Assembly (NCBI GenBank): GCA_963821135.1
Contig: CAWGCR010000001.1
Span: 145,547 to 209,546 of the forward strand
DNA: 64,000 nt
Source of the DNA: an uncultured Bacteroidales bacterium
GTDB taxonomy: Bacteria; Bacteroidota; Bacteroidia; Bacteroidales; UBA10428
Direction: 5' to 3'
In this document: positions 28,619 to 37,866 of the stretch, in pieces
How the letters are laid out: the number at the start of each line of letters is the position of its first letter
Numbering within the stretch: the first letter of the stretch is position 1
Made by a program: the position numbers and the translations under genes
The notes under the pieces: model-generated
Database searches by the model: none
Told to the model about the DNA's origin: nothing
The model's input: the letters and a program-made list of their open reading frames with translations, nothing else

Positions 28619-31600
28619 TTATAAATCAATCTGAATTCCAAAAATGATACTCCTTGGGATAGGGTAATATCCCTGATCAATTCCCATTGCTAATACATTT
28701 GTGCTTCCCACTTCAGGATCATATCCTTTGTATTTTGTAAAAACATGTAAGTTTTGAGCATTCACATAAATCCGACATCCAGTTAAATTTATCTTACTCA
28801 TGAGGTTACCGGGTAGTGAATATCCCAGCTGTACCGACTGTATACGCAGGAAGGAAGCATCCTCAACAAACCAACTTGAAATCCTGCCATTGTTGTGTGA
28901 ATCCTTTAAACTTAAGCGGGTTTGGGTATTTGTCGGATTCTCAGGTGTCCAATAATTTTCAATGCTTCTAAGTTTGTTTAAATCTTTTGATCGCCTGTCG
29001 GTAGCTAATCCAATATAAGAGTAGTGTTCATTGTAAACATCAAGATTTTGCATGCCATACAAAAATACCGCAAAGTCAAAACCATAATAACTCATATCAA
29101 AATTAATTCCATAGGTAAAATTCGGAATGGGTTTGCCAATGATTGTTCTGTCGGCACTGTTAATTATCCCATCTTCATTTAAATCTAAAAATTTGATATC
29201 CCCCGGTGATGCACCTTGTGAAACATAGTTGTCTATTTCCTCCTGGGTCTGGAAAATACCATCGGCAATATATCCGTAGAAACTACCAATTGCATTTCCT
29301 TCGCGGGTGATTGTGTAGTCGGTATAAATAGGAACGGAATTTGGAAGATTCACAACGGTATTTTTTATTGATGTGAAATTCCCACCAACACTATAGTTGA
29401 ATTTACCCAGGGTATTACGGTGTAACAAACTCATTTCAATTCCTTTGTTTTGTACATCTCCCAGATTGTACCATGGATTTGAGTTAGGATCATCAAAGTC
29501 CTTCCCATGTACTAAAGGCAGTTCAATGGTTGTTAACATGTTATCCTGGTTTTTTATATAATACTCGGCACTAAGTTCAAGTTTGTTTTCGAATGCATAT
29601 AAATCAAGACCGAAGTTAGTTATTATGGAGTGTTCCCATTGAACGAGAGGATTTCCAGTACTTCTTAAGTCGGTTGCTCCCAAGTGGAGTGTTTCGTTCA
29701 TTCCAAATAAATACCTGGAAGCATCAGGACGAAGCATAGTCGTCTCATAAACATAATCACCAATGTTCATATTCCCGGTATGGCCCCAGCCAAATCGGAG
29801 TTTTAACATGCCTATTTTATCCACCGAGGGCATAAAATCTTCATTTAGTTTCCAACCAACCGAAAAGGAGGGAAAGGTGCCATATCTCTCACCATCAGGA
29901 CCAAATCGAGAGGAGCCATCACGGCGAACACTTGCTGTAAGTAAATATTTCCCTCTGTAGTCATATATAAGTCTTGCCAGATAAGAATCGATAATATGTT
30001 CCGAATAATAAGAGCTTTTACCTGCAAGAGTTTCAGCCTGGGAAAGCTTATTATGATCCGGACTGCGAAAAGTTTGTCCGGTTACGCCAAATGCATCATA
30101 AATATCTTTTTGGCGCGAATGCCCGGCAAGAAGAGTAAAATTGTGATTTTTAATTTGATTGCTGTAGGTCAGTAAATTTTCAAGTAGAAATTGATTGTAA
30201 TATGCACTGTTTTCTGTTAGTAAGGCAGGCGAATGTGATCGGTTTCCTTTATTGCCTAATTCGTATTTGGGTATCCAATCTGTAGTTCGGGTATTTCCGA
30301 AAGTCAAACCCAGGTTAATTTTAAACTTTAATCCTTTTACAATAACTACTTCAGCATACATATTGGTTAATGCCCGTGTGCTAATTTTATCCTGATTACG
30401 TAGCATTTGCTCAGCAACAGGATTGGTTGTTTCGTTGGCTCCATTTATGGAGTCGGTTGGTCCTGCATATCCACCAAGATTCTTGGATTCATAAACGGGC
30501 ATTAGAGGGGTTGCATAGGTGGCTGTTACCCATTTGTTGCCCTGCCCTCCTGATCCTCCATGATGTTTTGTACGTATAAGTATAATTGACTCACCGATCT
30601 TCAGTCGATCCTTAAAAAGACTAAAATCTGAATTAGCCCGCAAATTAAATCGATCAAAGACGGTATTTACCATTACTCCCTGTTCTGTATAATAATTACC
30701 TGAAATACTAAAATTGCTATTTGCCTTTCCTCCTGATAATGCAGCATGATAGTTTTGACCCCATCCGGTTCTTAAAAGTTCATCCTGCCAGTCTGTATCT
30801 GTATTACCATAAGCATTTCTTAGCGAATCGCTGGCAATAATTTTTGGTTTTTTATCCGGGTCCGTAATATCATATGCCTCATTCATTATGGAAACATATT
30901 CTTCAGCATTCATTATATCATATCTACGATATTCTGGAAAATCGGACATTTTTGCATACGCCGAAAATGTGCCGCTTATTTTACCACTTCTATTCCCACG
31001 GTTCGTAGTGACAATAATTACCCCGTTTGCACCTCTGGCTCCATATATGGCTGTCGCCGAAGCATCTTTTAAAATTTGGACCGATTCAATGTCTTCAGGG
31101 CTAATGCCGTTTAAATTTTCAACAGGTAGATTGTCAACTATATAAAGTGGATCAGAAGAGCTATTAATTGATCCTATTCCACGAATTTTTATGGATACAT
31201 CTGAACCAGGACTTCCTGATGTCCTTGTGACAATTACCCCTGAAGCTCTACCCTGCAATGCCATGTCGACAGTAGAATAATTTGTTTTTTTCATTTCATC
31301 AACTGAGACCACTGAAACCGAACCGGTTAAATCCTCTGCTCTTTGGGTCCCATAACCGATCACCACGACTTCTTCGAGGGCTTCTATATCCGGAACCAAA
31401 GTGATATTTATTTCGGACTGACTATTGACTGCCATTTCCTGCTTTATGTAACCCACAAAAGAAAATTCAAGCACAGCATTTTCTAAAGCGACGTCGATTT
31501 GATAGTTGCCATTCAGATCAGAAATAGTACCCTTTGTTGTTCCTTTTACAACTATGTTTACTCCCGGCAGCGGCTCTCCAGTACCAGAATCAGTAATAGT

Positions 31601-31807
31601 ACCTTTTACAGGGTAGTTTTGAATCTGGGTGTCATTTTCAATCGGATTTTCGACAACCTGATCTTTAACATCGTAGCTTTCCCTTGAATTTAATGCATCA
31701 ACAGCTGTTGCATGGAAGAAGGGGAAAATTAAAAGTATACAGCTCAATTTCAGAATTTTAAAAAATTGAAACTGATTTTGCAAATTTTGCAGTGGTTGTT
31801 TGTTCAT
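28619..31807 (-). CDS. SusC/RagA family TonB-dependent transporter (no STN domain)
   Basis: Carboxypeptidase-like N-domain, LEEVVVIGYG, LKDASATAIYGARGANGVIIVTT, RRDGSSRFG and YKGYDPEVG...YPIPR motifs. Confidence 0.95.
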   Translation of the reverse strand: MNKQPLQNLQNQFQFFKILKLSCILLIFPFFHATAVDALNSRESYDVKDQVVENPIENDTQIQNYPVKGTITDSGTGEPLPGVNIVVKGTTKGTISDLNGNYQIDVALENAVLEFSFVGYIKQEMAVNSQSEINITLVPDIEALEEVVVIGYGTQRAEDLTGSVSVVSVDEMKKTNYSTVDMALQGRASGVIVTRTSGSPGSDVSIKIRGIGSINSSSDPLYIVDNLPVENLNGISPEDIESVQILKDASATAIYGARGANGVIIVTTNRGNRSGKISGTFSAYAKMSDFPEYRRYDIMNAEEYVSIMNEAYDITDPDKKPKIIASDSLRNAYGNTDTDWQDELLRTGWGQNYHAALSGGKANSNFSISGNYYTEQGVMVNTVFDRFNLRANSDFSLFKDRLKIGESIILIRTKHHGGSGGQGNKWVTATYATPLMPVYESKNLGGYAGPTDSINGANETTNPVAEQMLRNQDKISTRALTNMYAEVVIVKGLKFKINLGLTFGNTRTTDWIPKYELGNKGNRSHSPALLTENSAYYNQFLLENLLTYSNQIKNHNFTLLAGHSRQKDIYDAFGVTGQTFRSPDHNKLSQAETLAGKSSYYSEHIIDSYLARLIYDYRGKYLLTASVRRDGSSRFGPDGERYGTFPSFSVGWKLNEDFMPSVDKIGMLKLRFGWGHTGNMNIGDYVYETTMLRPDASRYLFGMNETLHLGATDLRSTGNPLVQWEHSIITNFGLDLYAFENKLELSAEYYIKNQDNMLTTIELPLVHGKDFDDPNSNPWYNLGDVQNKGIEMSLLHRNTLGKFNYSVGGNFTSIKNTVVNLPNSVPIYTDYTITREGNAIGSFYGYIADGIFQTQEEIDNYVSQGASPGDIKFLDLNEDGIINSADRTIIGKPIPNFTYGINFDMSYYGFDFAVFLYGMQNLDVYNEHYSYIGLATDRRSKDLNKLRSIENYWTPENPTNTQTRLSLKDSHNNGRISSWFVEDASFLRIQSVQLGYSLPGNLMSKINLTGCRIYVNAQNLHVFTKYKGYDPEVGSTNVLAMGIDQGYYPIPRSIIFGIQIDL

Positions 31808-31834
31808 GATTCAATAGGTGTTGTATAGTTACTA

Positions 31835-32272
31835 TTATGTTTTTGTATCTGAATTTATCCTGAGAAGAATATGTAATGTCAGGAGTTGTATCCATAAATC
31901 CGTCATACTATTAGCAGAGTGCTGAAAGTTTTTGGAATCGTCTTTATCAGAATTAATCTTGTTGTTGCCTGCAGAACAGTAAGGATTCTTAACAGGGATT
32001 AATCTGCCATCTTTTACCAGAAAAGGTATTTGCAGGTGTCCGGCATACCAATCCGTTTTCATTCTACATTGCCAATAAATATTGGTGCCCTCATAACCTT
32101 CCCCTACTCCTTGAGCAGGAATAATAGACCTGGGAAGGGCATTCCATTCTTCAAGAGAACATCCACTATCCATAAAAGTATGAGATTGTTTTTGAGTATT
32201 TGAAAACGAATTAAAAAACAATGAAGTCTTACGGGTAAAAAGTACAGACAATGTGCTGGTTGGTTTTTTCAT
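31835..32272 (-). CDS. Hypothetical protein (145 aa from ATG 32272)
   Basis: Fills the gap between a predicted ECF promoter and susC; the core CSLEEWNALPRSIIPAQGVGEGYEGTNIYWQCRMKTDWYAGHLQIPF looks protein-like. No family recognised. Confidence 0.5.
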   Translation of the reverse strand: MKKPTSTLSVLFTRKTSLFFNSFSNTQKQSHTFMDSGCSLEEWNALPRSIIPAQGVGEGYEGTNIYWQCRMKTDWYAGHLQIPFLVKDGRLIPVKNPYCSAGNNKINSDKDDSKNFQHSANSMTDLWIQLLTLHILLRINSDTKT

Positions 32273-32292
32273 TGCTATTGTATTCCTCAACA

Positions 32293-32325
32293 ATAAAAAA
32301 ACAGCCTTACCAATTTTTACCCTAC
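32293..32325 (-). promoter_or_regulatory. Putative ECF-sigma promoter (GTAGGGTA-N13-CTGTT), copy A
   Basis: Minus strand GTAGGGTA-AAAATTGGTAAGG-CTGTTTTTTTAT, upstream of the hypothetical-susC-susD unit. Confidence 0.75.
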
Positions 32326-32350
32326 CTACCCTTCATTATTAATTATGACT

Positions 32351-35300
32351 TTATTTATCATGGAAGCTAATGTATCTGCCTGTTCTTGGTTCAACAGGAA
32401 TGGTAAGGGCAACCCATCCGGATCCAATGTCCTTTAATGGAAATGTTTCTCCAGTGGCAAGATCATAAGCTAATTTGCTTGGGCGGTGCAATTTCACTTT
32501 ATATTCTTGGATTAAGTCTTGTTTTACATGACTGTACAATAATAAATAGTCTTTATTGTTTCGTTTTACCAAAGCTTTGTATATGTTTAGCTGGTCACTC
32601 ACAATCTCTTGTGGTGACAGATTAAGTGATTTAACCATTCGCACAAGCGTATGATTTCCTATTCGACCCTGTTCAAAATAATTCAATTTACCATCGAATG
32701 AATCCTCCTCATTATCCCATCCAGCTAATAAGATTGCCCCTTTGCCAAACGGCTTTCTTACAAGAATTGGATCACTATTTTCATCGGTTAAAAGAACCTC
32801 TCCATCGGAAATAACTGAAACGGCATTACCTGTCATGATACCTCCGCCAAAGTTTTCAGGAAAATTAACCTTCCTCATTTTTCGTTCTCCGTATTTAACA
32901 TCCTGAAGTTCCATTACTTCACGCAAGAATGTAATAGGAATAGCGGTTCTTCCTTCCACACAAGTATTTGGGAATACAACAATGCTTAATCCTTTTTCCA
33001 CACTTTCGCGTAAAAGCCAATACCAGTGCTCATCGACAGGAAGAAGTGAACCGCCTGTTGTATTAGTGCCGACATTTGCGATTAACTCATCGTTTGGTAA
33101 TACAAGTAGATCATAGCATGAAAAATCAAATCGATGAGCATGACCTAAAAGATCTGCCCGCTGGTCCATACGCACGGCGACCTGGCTTAGCGATTGATAA
33201 TCATTCCAGTTAACCAGATCGATTACCGCAATTTTTGCCGGAGTTTGCTCGGCACCCATTATTGTGCGTCTGATAAATCCAACCTTTGCTATCCCTTCAG
33301 GATCAGCAGAAAGATCAGGTGCCGGAATTGAAAAATAATCGGAATTGTACCGAAGTGAGCCAAATAATGCATCATCAAATTCCTTGTATCCTCCACCCAC
33401 TTGCCAGGGTTCTCCTCCCCATTCGGGACCGGAGTTATGCAGTTCGGTGTATTTATGTTCAAACTTTTTTTCTTCATTCCAGTGTCTGGCTTTAACATCA
33501 TACCAGCTTGCCGATAAATCGGAAATGGAACCTAAGCCATGACCGGGTAAATCTTTTGGAACTTTTTTCGGTGCATTCTTTGCACATATTGCAGCTACTT
33601 TCTGCATTCCGTTTTGCACACTCCATCTCCTGAAATCCAAATATATACGCCAGGATTCAGCTTCTTCAATATAAGGAACTGGTATATCTTCCCAATTATT
33701 GAAATTTTTACCATATACTAATGATATTTCTTCAAGACTATAATTCATATGGTTTCTTAAATACCTGGAAAATGCTGCACGCTCGTATTCAGAATAATCG
33801 AATAAATGAGGTGGATTTACATAATAATAGTATCCATACGGAAAATCAGAATTACCAAAATCCAGAACAAACTTGGACAGGTTACTGTTGTCAGCGAACT
33901 GTTTGGTAAATGCATCAATCATTCCAAAGTAATGTTTCCTATAGAAGGGACTCCAAAGTGTAGGATGAAATCCTTTGTTTCCATCCCTATCAATTGCCGG
34001 TTCCTTTAGTGTCCACCAGGGAACTCCGCCATCGCCCAGTCCTGAGCCTCTTGTTGTGGCAAACATCCAGAATGCCACCTGTATATTTTCTTCTCTGGCG
34101 AAATCCAATATATCACTCGGAATGCGCCAGTCATATACTCCTGGTTCGGGCTCAACATCTTCCCAGGGGATATTTGCCCGTGTATATTGAAAACCTAATT
34201 TTTTCATCTGCCTGCTAAAATATTTATAAGATTCAGGTACTTCAGGCTTCTGAAATGCCCAATAGGTTGAATAGCCAAAACCAGAGAATTCAGCAGCATC
34301 ATCAGGTAAAATATACTCTTTTGCTGTGGCCAGGATTGAAGATTCTCCATTAATATCAGCAGTAAGCTCGTAATTGTAGTATCCAAAAGTACCCGGAGAT
34401 TCAAGTTCTGCAACAAGCATTGTTTGTTTCGCCGGTATTTCGAGATCCTCCAATCCGAATAGTTCCCTGTTTGTCTGCAGGTCTTTCAATCGGATATTGC
34501 TTATTTTTTTCTCCTTCCGGGAAAGGTTGCGGAACCGAATAATAATCTTGTCGTTGGTGTTCCTTTTATGTACAGGAGTAATGTCAATTGCTCCTGCTAT
34601 TTCCGGTGTATTGTGGATCCATGCTGCCAAATGTTTTATGAGTGAGTCGCAACCATTCCAGTCTCTTGTTAGCATTCCCGGATCTCCTGTCCAATCCATT
34701 TGGTAAGCTCCGTCAACATTCTCACGGGGTTCTCCTCCATTAAATCCATAAACGCAAAGTCGTGCACCAAAAAATTTATTGCATTTTCTTTCTACAGCGA
34801 TAACTGCGGATAAAGCCCAGGCATCAGAATTATTTTTGATAAGATTATGGGTAACATCCGGGGGGTAGGCAGTAACTCTGACTACAGGGATGGAACGACC
34901 ATCAAAATAAGCTAAATCAGGCAGTGTCTCCAATATTTCAATTCCCTTTTCTGTCAAGCCTTCAACCTGCATTGCGTCTCCTGCTCTGGTCAGATAAAAC
35001 TCTGATGACTGCATATTCCGCAAAGGGTACCATTTATCCTTATTTGGAAGATCACCAATAAAAAACAATCCTCCGCCTTCTTCATGAAACTGAATCATTT
35101 TCTGTAAGGCCAATTCAGAAAAATTGCCTTTTATATAGGGAATAATAAGTAGCCTGGTTTCAGGATACTCTAACGTTTCAAGTTGTTTATGATTTATTGT
35201 TGTGCATGAAATTTTCTGTGTCTCAAATAAATGAATCACATCAACAGCATTATATTCAGGCATTGCTGTGAAATCTTCATCTTGAAAAATCCTAATGTCC

Positions 35301-35377
35301 GGAGTTTGAGCATAGAACTGAAATGAAATTAATCCCAGTAAAAAAATACTTGCAATTATTTTTTGTTTCAGATTCAT
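32351..35377 (-). CDS. Exported glycoside hydrolase, GH42/GH-A-like TIM barrel with GATase-like flanking domains
   Basis: Signal peptide from ATG 35377 (MNLKQKIIASIFLLG); YTRANIPWEDVEPEPGVYDW, VPWW, PTLWSPFYR, FDYSEY and WRIYLDFR motifs; C-terminal trimerisation-like region. Confidence 0.65.
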   Translation of the reverse strand: MNLKQKIIASIFLLGLISFQFYAQTPDIRIFQDEDFTAMPEYNAVDVIHLFETQKISCTTINHKQLETLEYPETRLLIIPYIKGNFSELALQKMIQFHEEGGGLFFIGDLPNKDKWYPLRNMQSSEFYLTRAGDAMQVEGLTEKGIEILETLPDLAYFDGRSIPVVRVTAYPPDVTHNLIKNNSDAWALSAVIAVERKCNKFFGARLCVYGFNGGEPRENVDGAYQMDWTGDPGMLTRDWNGCDSLIKHLAAWIHNTPEIAGAIDITPVHKRNTNDKIIIRFRNLSRKEKKISNIRLKDLQTNRELFGLEDLEIPAKQTMLVAELESPGTFGYYNYELTADINGESSILATAKEYILPDDAAEFSGFGYSTYWAFQKPEVPESYKYFSRQMKKLGFQYTRANIPWEDVEPEPGVYDWRIPSDILDFAREENIQVAFWMFATTRGSGLGDGGVPWWTLKEPAIDRDGNKGFHPTLWSPFYRKHYFGMIDAFTKQFADNSNLSKFVLDFGNSDFPYGYYYYVNPPHLFDYSEYERAAFSRYLRNHMNYSLEEISLVYGKNFNNWEDIPVPYIEEAESWRIYLDFRRWSVQNGMQKVAAICAKNAPKKVPKDLPGHGLGSISDLSASWYDVKARHWNEEKKFEHKYTELHNSGPEWGGEPWQVGGGYKEFDDALFGSLRYNSDYFSIPAPDLSADPEGIAKVGFIRRTIMGAEQTPAKIAVIDLVNWNDYQSLSQVAVRMDQRADLLGHAHRFDFSCYDLLVLPNDELIANVGTNTTGGSLLPVDEHWYWLLRESVEKGLSIVVFPNTCVEGRTAIPITFLREVMELQDVKYGERKMRKVNFPENFGGGIMTGNAVSVISDGEVLLTDENSDPILVRKPFGKGAILLAGWDNEEDSFDGKLNYFEQGRIGNHTLVRMVKSLNLSPQEIVSDQLNIYKALVKRNNKDYLLLYSHVKQDLIQEYKVKLHRPSKLAYDLATGETFPLKDIGSGWVALTIPVEPRTGRYISFHDK

Positions 35378-35432
35378 TTTTAGGTGGATTTTTGGAAGAT
35401 TTAAATGAGAATATCTAATGTTCGTGTTCAAC

Positions 35433-37763
35433 TTATGGCAAATCCATAACATTATCTTTATCAATGATATCTACAAACATTCCCCATCCGCCACCAAACT
35501 GATTAACCTTTACCAGTACTTTATTTTTACCCTGCCTGAAAGTTGTAATAAGAATGTCTTGTCCTCTCACAGAGCCTCGTGCTTCGTTATGGCGGTAAAT
35601 CTCTTTTCCATTTATCCAGATCACAATTCCGTCATCGCTACCAACAAGTATTGGAACTTCACATTTTGTATTCGCCTGGATTTCGCAGTATGCATATACA
35701 ACTCCCTCTTTATTCCTGTCAAACATATTCGCGAAATTCATTTCTTCTCCATCGACAACCGAAGTTTTTACCCATTTTATGTTTTCCCCGTAAGAATTCT
35801 TATATGTGGCACTAAGATTTACTTTTTCTTCAGGTGCATATTTTCTGAAAAAACCTTCATCATTAGGATTATCGAACACTCCAGCGATGTACCAGTTACG
35901 AATCATACCTCCACCTGTTATACCCAGATCGGGCAAAGCAAGAAGATTGTGCCTCAATACTGAACGCTCTTTAATAGGTAAATTATCCAACTCCTTAATC
36001 CACTCTTTCCATTGGGAGAAGTCGTTAAGAAGAAACCGGATTGGGTAGTACCGAATATCTTCTTTCTGGAGCAATAATTTTTGAACATTATTCGAAACTG
36101 ATGGTAGTGAATCACCTTTACTAATTGTTTCGCAGAATTGGTTGATAATACTATTTGTATATTGACTGTTCTTGAAGTATTCAATAAAAGATAATCCGTC
36201 AGATGATGTGTTTTTATCACCCTTACTATCAAGTATTGATAGATAGAGAGCCTCTTCCAGATTAAATGAAATTCGAGTATTTTTAAATCCAGCAGGTGAA
36301 TAGGGCTCTTTCCAAATAATGGTGTCAATGGCTTGTATCTCAAATTCTAAATCGGGGAACTGGCCTGCAAAAGATTCATTAATCATGCCGCTTAGATGTA
36401 CTTTTAGATCTTCGCCGATTTCTATTTTCTCGCTTATTTGGACTTTGTCAATCGACCAATTATTCGAGATGCACCTTAATTTAGCTTCAACAGATAGATT
36501 AAATGTGGTGGGAATTGAGAGGGCGAAATTAAAACTGAACCCGTCTTTATTCTTTTGAACGGATGACATCTTAAAACTCCGTTTCAATTTTTCTTCCAGT
36601 ATAAGCATATCAAATGCATAAAATTCATCGGTGCCTGAGTAAGAGCCTTTATTTAAAATGAAGGAATCAAATACTTTTCCATCAACATCAATTGCTTTAC
36701 CAATCATTTGATTGTTGTTAAATTCCAATTCTGTGAAATGGTGAATGGTTCGTCGGTAAGCCGTATATTCTTTTGATTCTGTTGGATATAGCGGGGCTCC
36801 ACCACCTGCTGAAATGATATAAGTAACACCGATAGGATCTTTTTGGGCTTTTCCGATGGGGAAGCTCCGGGAATAATAGTGGTCATCGCCACTAATCACT
36901 AAGTCAACATTGTATTTTTGAAACAATGGATGCCATTGCCATCGTAAATCATTTACATACCAGTCAGGGCGGGAACTAAATAAGGGATGATGGAACATAA
37001 CTATGATCCATTGCGCGTTCTTATTATTCTCCAGGTCATTCAATAACCATGTAAATTGATCAGAATCGTCAGGCTGATTGCTGTCTAAACCTATGATATG
37101 AACAGGCCCGTAATCGGTTGACCACCAGGCCTCATTGTTATTGAGAGAATAAAAATTATAATAATAAATGCAATTTCTTTCATGATTACCCAGAACAGTT
37201 AATATTGGAATTTCAGGACAAAATGGTTTTACGGGATCGAAAAATTGAGGTTTCCACGATTCCTGGTCGGCCCCATACATAACAAAATCGCCTGAATGAA
37301 GTACTAAATCGGGTTTAGATAATGCTATTTGCCGAGCTACTTTTGCATGATCAGGCGGATGACTTCTTGTGTCCCCATAAGCGACGATTTTTACTTTGCT
37401 TACACCCTGTGGAGGTGCAGTGCGAAACTGATAAACAGGCGTTTGCTCATTGTCCCACTTGCATTGGTAAAAATACGTCTTTCCTGCCTGGAGATTCGAT
37501 ATTTTTAGCTCATGAATTTTAACTGCTTTAATTTCTTCTACTTTATGTATCAATTTTCCACTGTCTTCTCCAAATTCAATATAGGCTTTTGTTTCAGAAC
37601 TTGTTTCCCACATAATTATGATGCTGTTTTGGGTAACATTCTGCAGGTAGGGTCCAAGCCAAAGCGCATTTTTTTTGTCCTGACTTTTTATACCATTTGT
37701 AGGAGAGCTAATTGCTAAAAGGCAGGTTGAAACTATGAAGGAAAGGATAAATAAATATCTCAT
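35433..37763 (-). CDS. Purple acid phosphatase-like metallophosphoesterase with an N-terminal FN3-like and a C-terminal PA14-like domain
   Basis: GPYLQ...WET...HELKISNLQAGKTYFY; YGD, GDFV, GNHE, FHHP and SGDDHYYSR metal motifs; C-terminal WYIAGVF...YAYCEI...GSDDGIVIWING...GKNKVLVKV. Confidence 0.8.
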   Translation of the reverse strand: MRYLFILSFIVSTCLLAISSPTNGIKSQDKKNALWLGPYLQNVTQNSIIIMWETSSETKAYIEFGEDSGKLIHKVEEIKAVKIHELKISNLQAGKTYFYQCKWDNEQTPVYQFRTAPPQGVSKVKIVAYGDTRSHPPDHAKVARQIALSKPDLVLHSGDFVMYGADQESWKPQFFDPVKPFCPEIPILTVLGNHERNCIYYYNFYSLNNNEAWWSTDYGPVHIIGLDSNQPDDSDQFTWLLNDLENNKNAQWIIVMFHHPLFSSRPDWYVNDLRWQWHPLFQKYNVDLVISGDDHYYSRSFPIGKAQKDPIGVTYIISAGGGAPLYPTESKEYTAYRRTIHHFTELEFNNNQMIGKAIDVDGKVFDSFILNKGSYSGTDEFYAFDMLILEEKLKRSFKMSSVQKNKDGFSFNFALSIPTTFNLSVEAKLRCISNNWSIDKVQISEKIEIGEDLKVHLSGMINESFAGQFPDLEFEIQAIDTIIWKEPYSPAGFKNTRISFNLEEALYLSILDSKGDKNTSSDGLSFIEYFKNSQYTNSIINQFCETISKGDSLPSVSNNVQKLLLQKEDIRYYPIRFLLNDFSQWKEWIKELDNLPIKERSVLRHNLLALPDLGITGGGMIRNWYIAGVFDNPNDEGFFRKYAPEEKVNLSATYKNSYGENIKWVKTSVVDGEEMNFANMFDRNKEGVVYAYCEIQANTKCEVPILVGSDDGIVIWINGKEIYRHNEARGSVRGQDILITTFRQGKNKVLVKVNQFGGGWGMFVDIIDKDNVMDLP

Positions 37764-37866
37764 CTTCTTCTTTTTTAAGTGTTTAACAAATACTCAATTG
37801 ATCCAAAAGAATTTAACTATTCAAAAATTTGCTCACCTTTTAGAGCTTCTTGTGTAATTATTGATC

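Noticed and set aside
32351-35464. Longer start for the GH42-like gene overlapping the phosphatase gene
   Set aside because: The signal peptide begins at ATG 35377, which removes the overlap.
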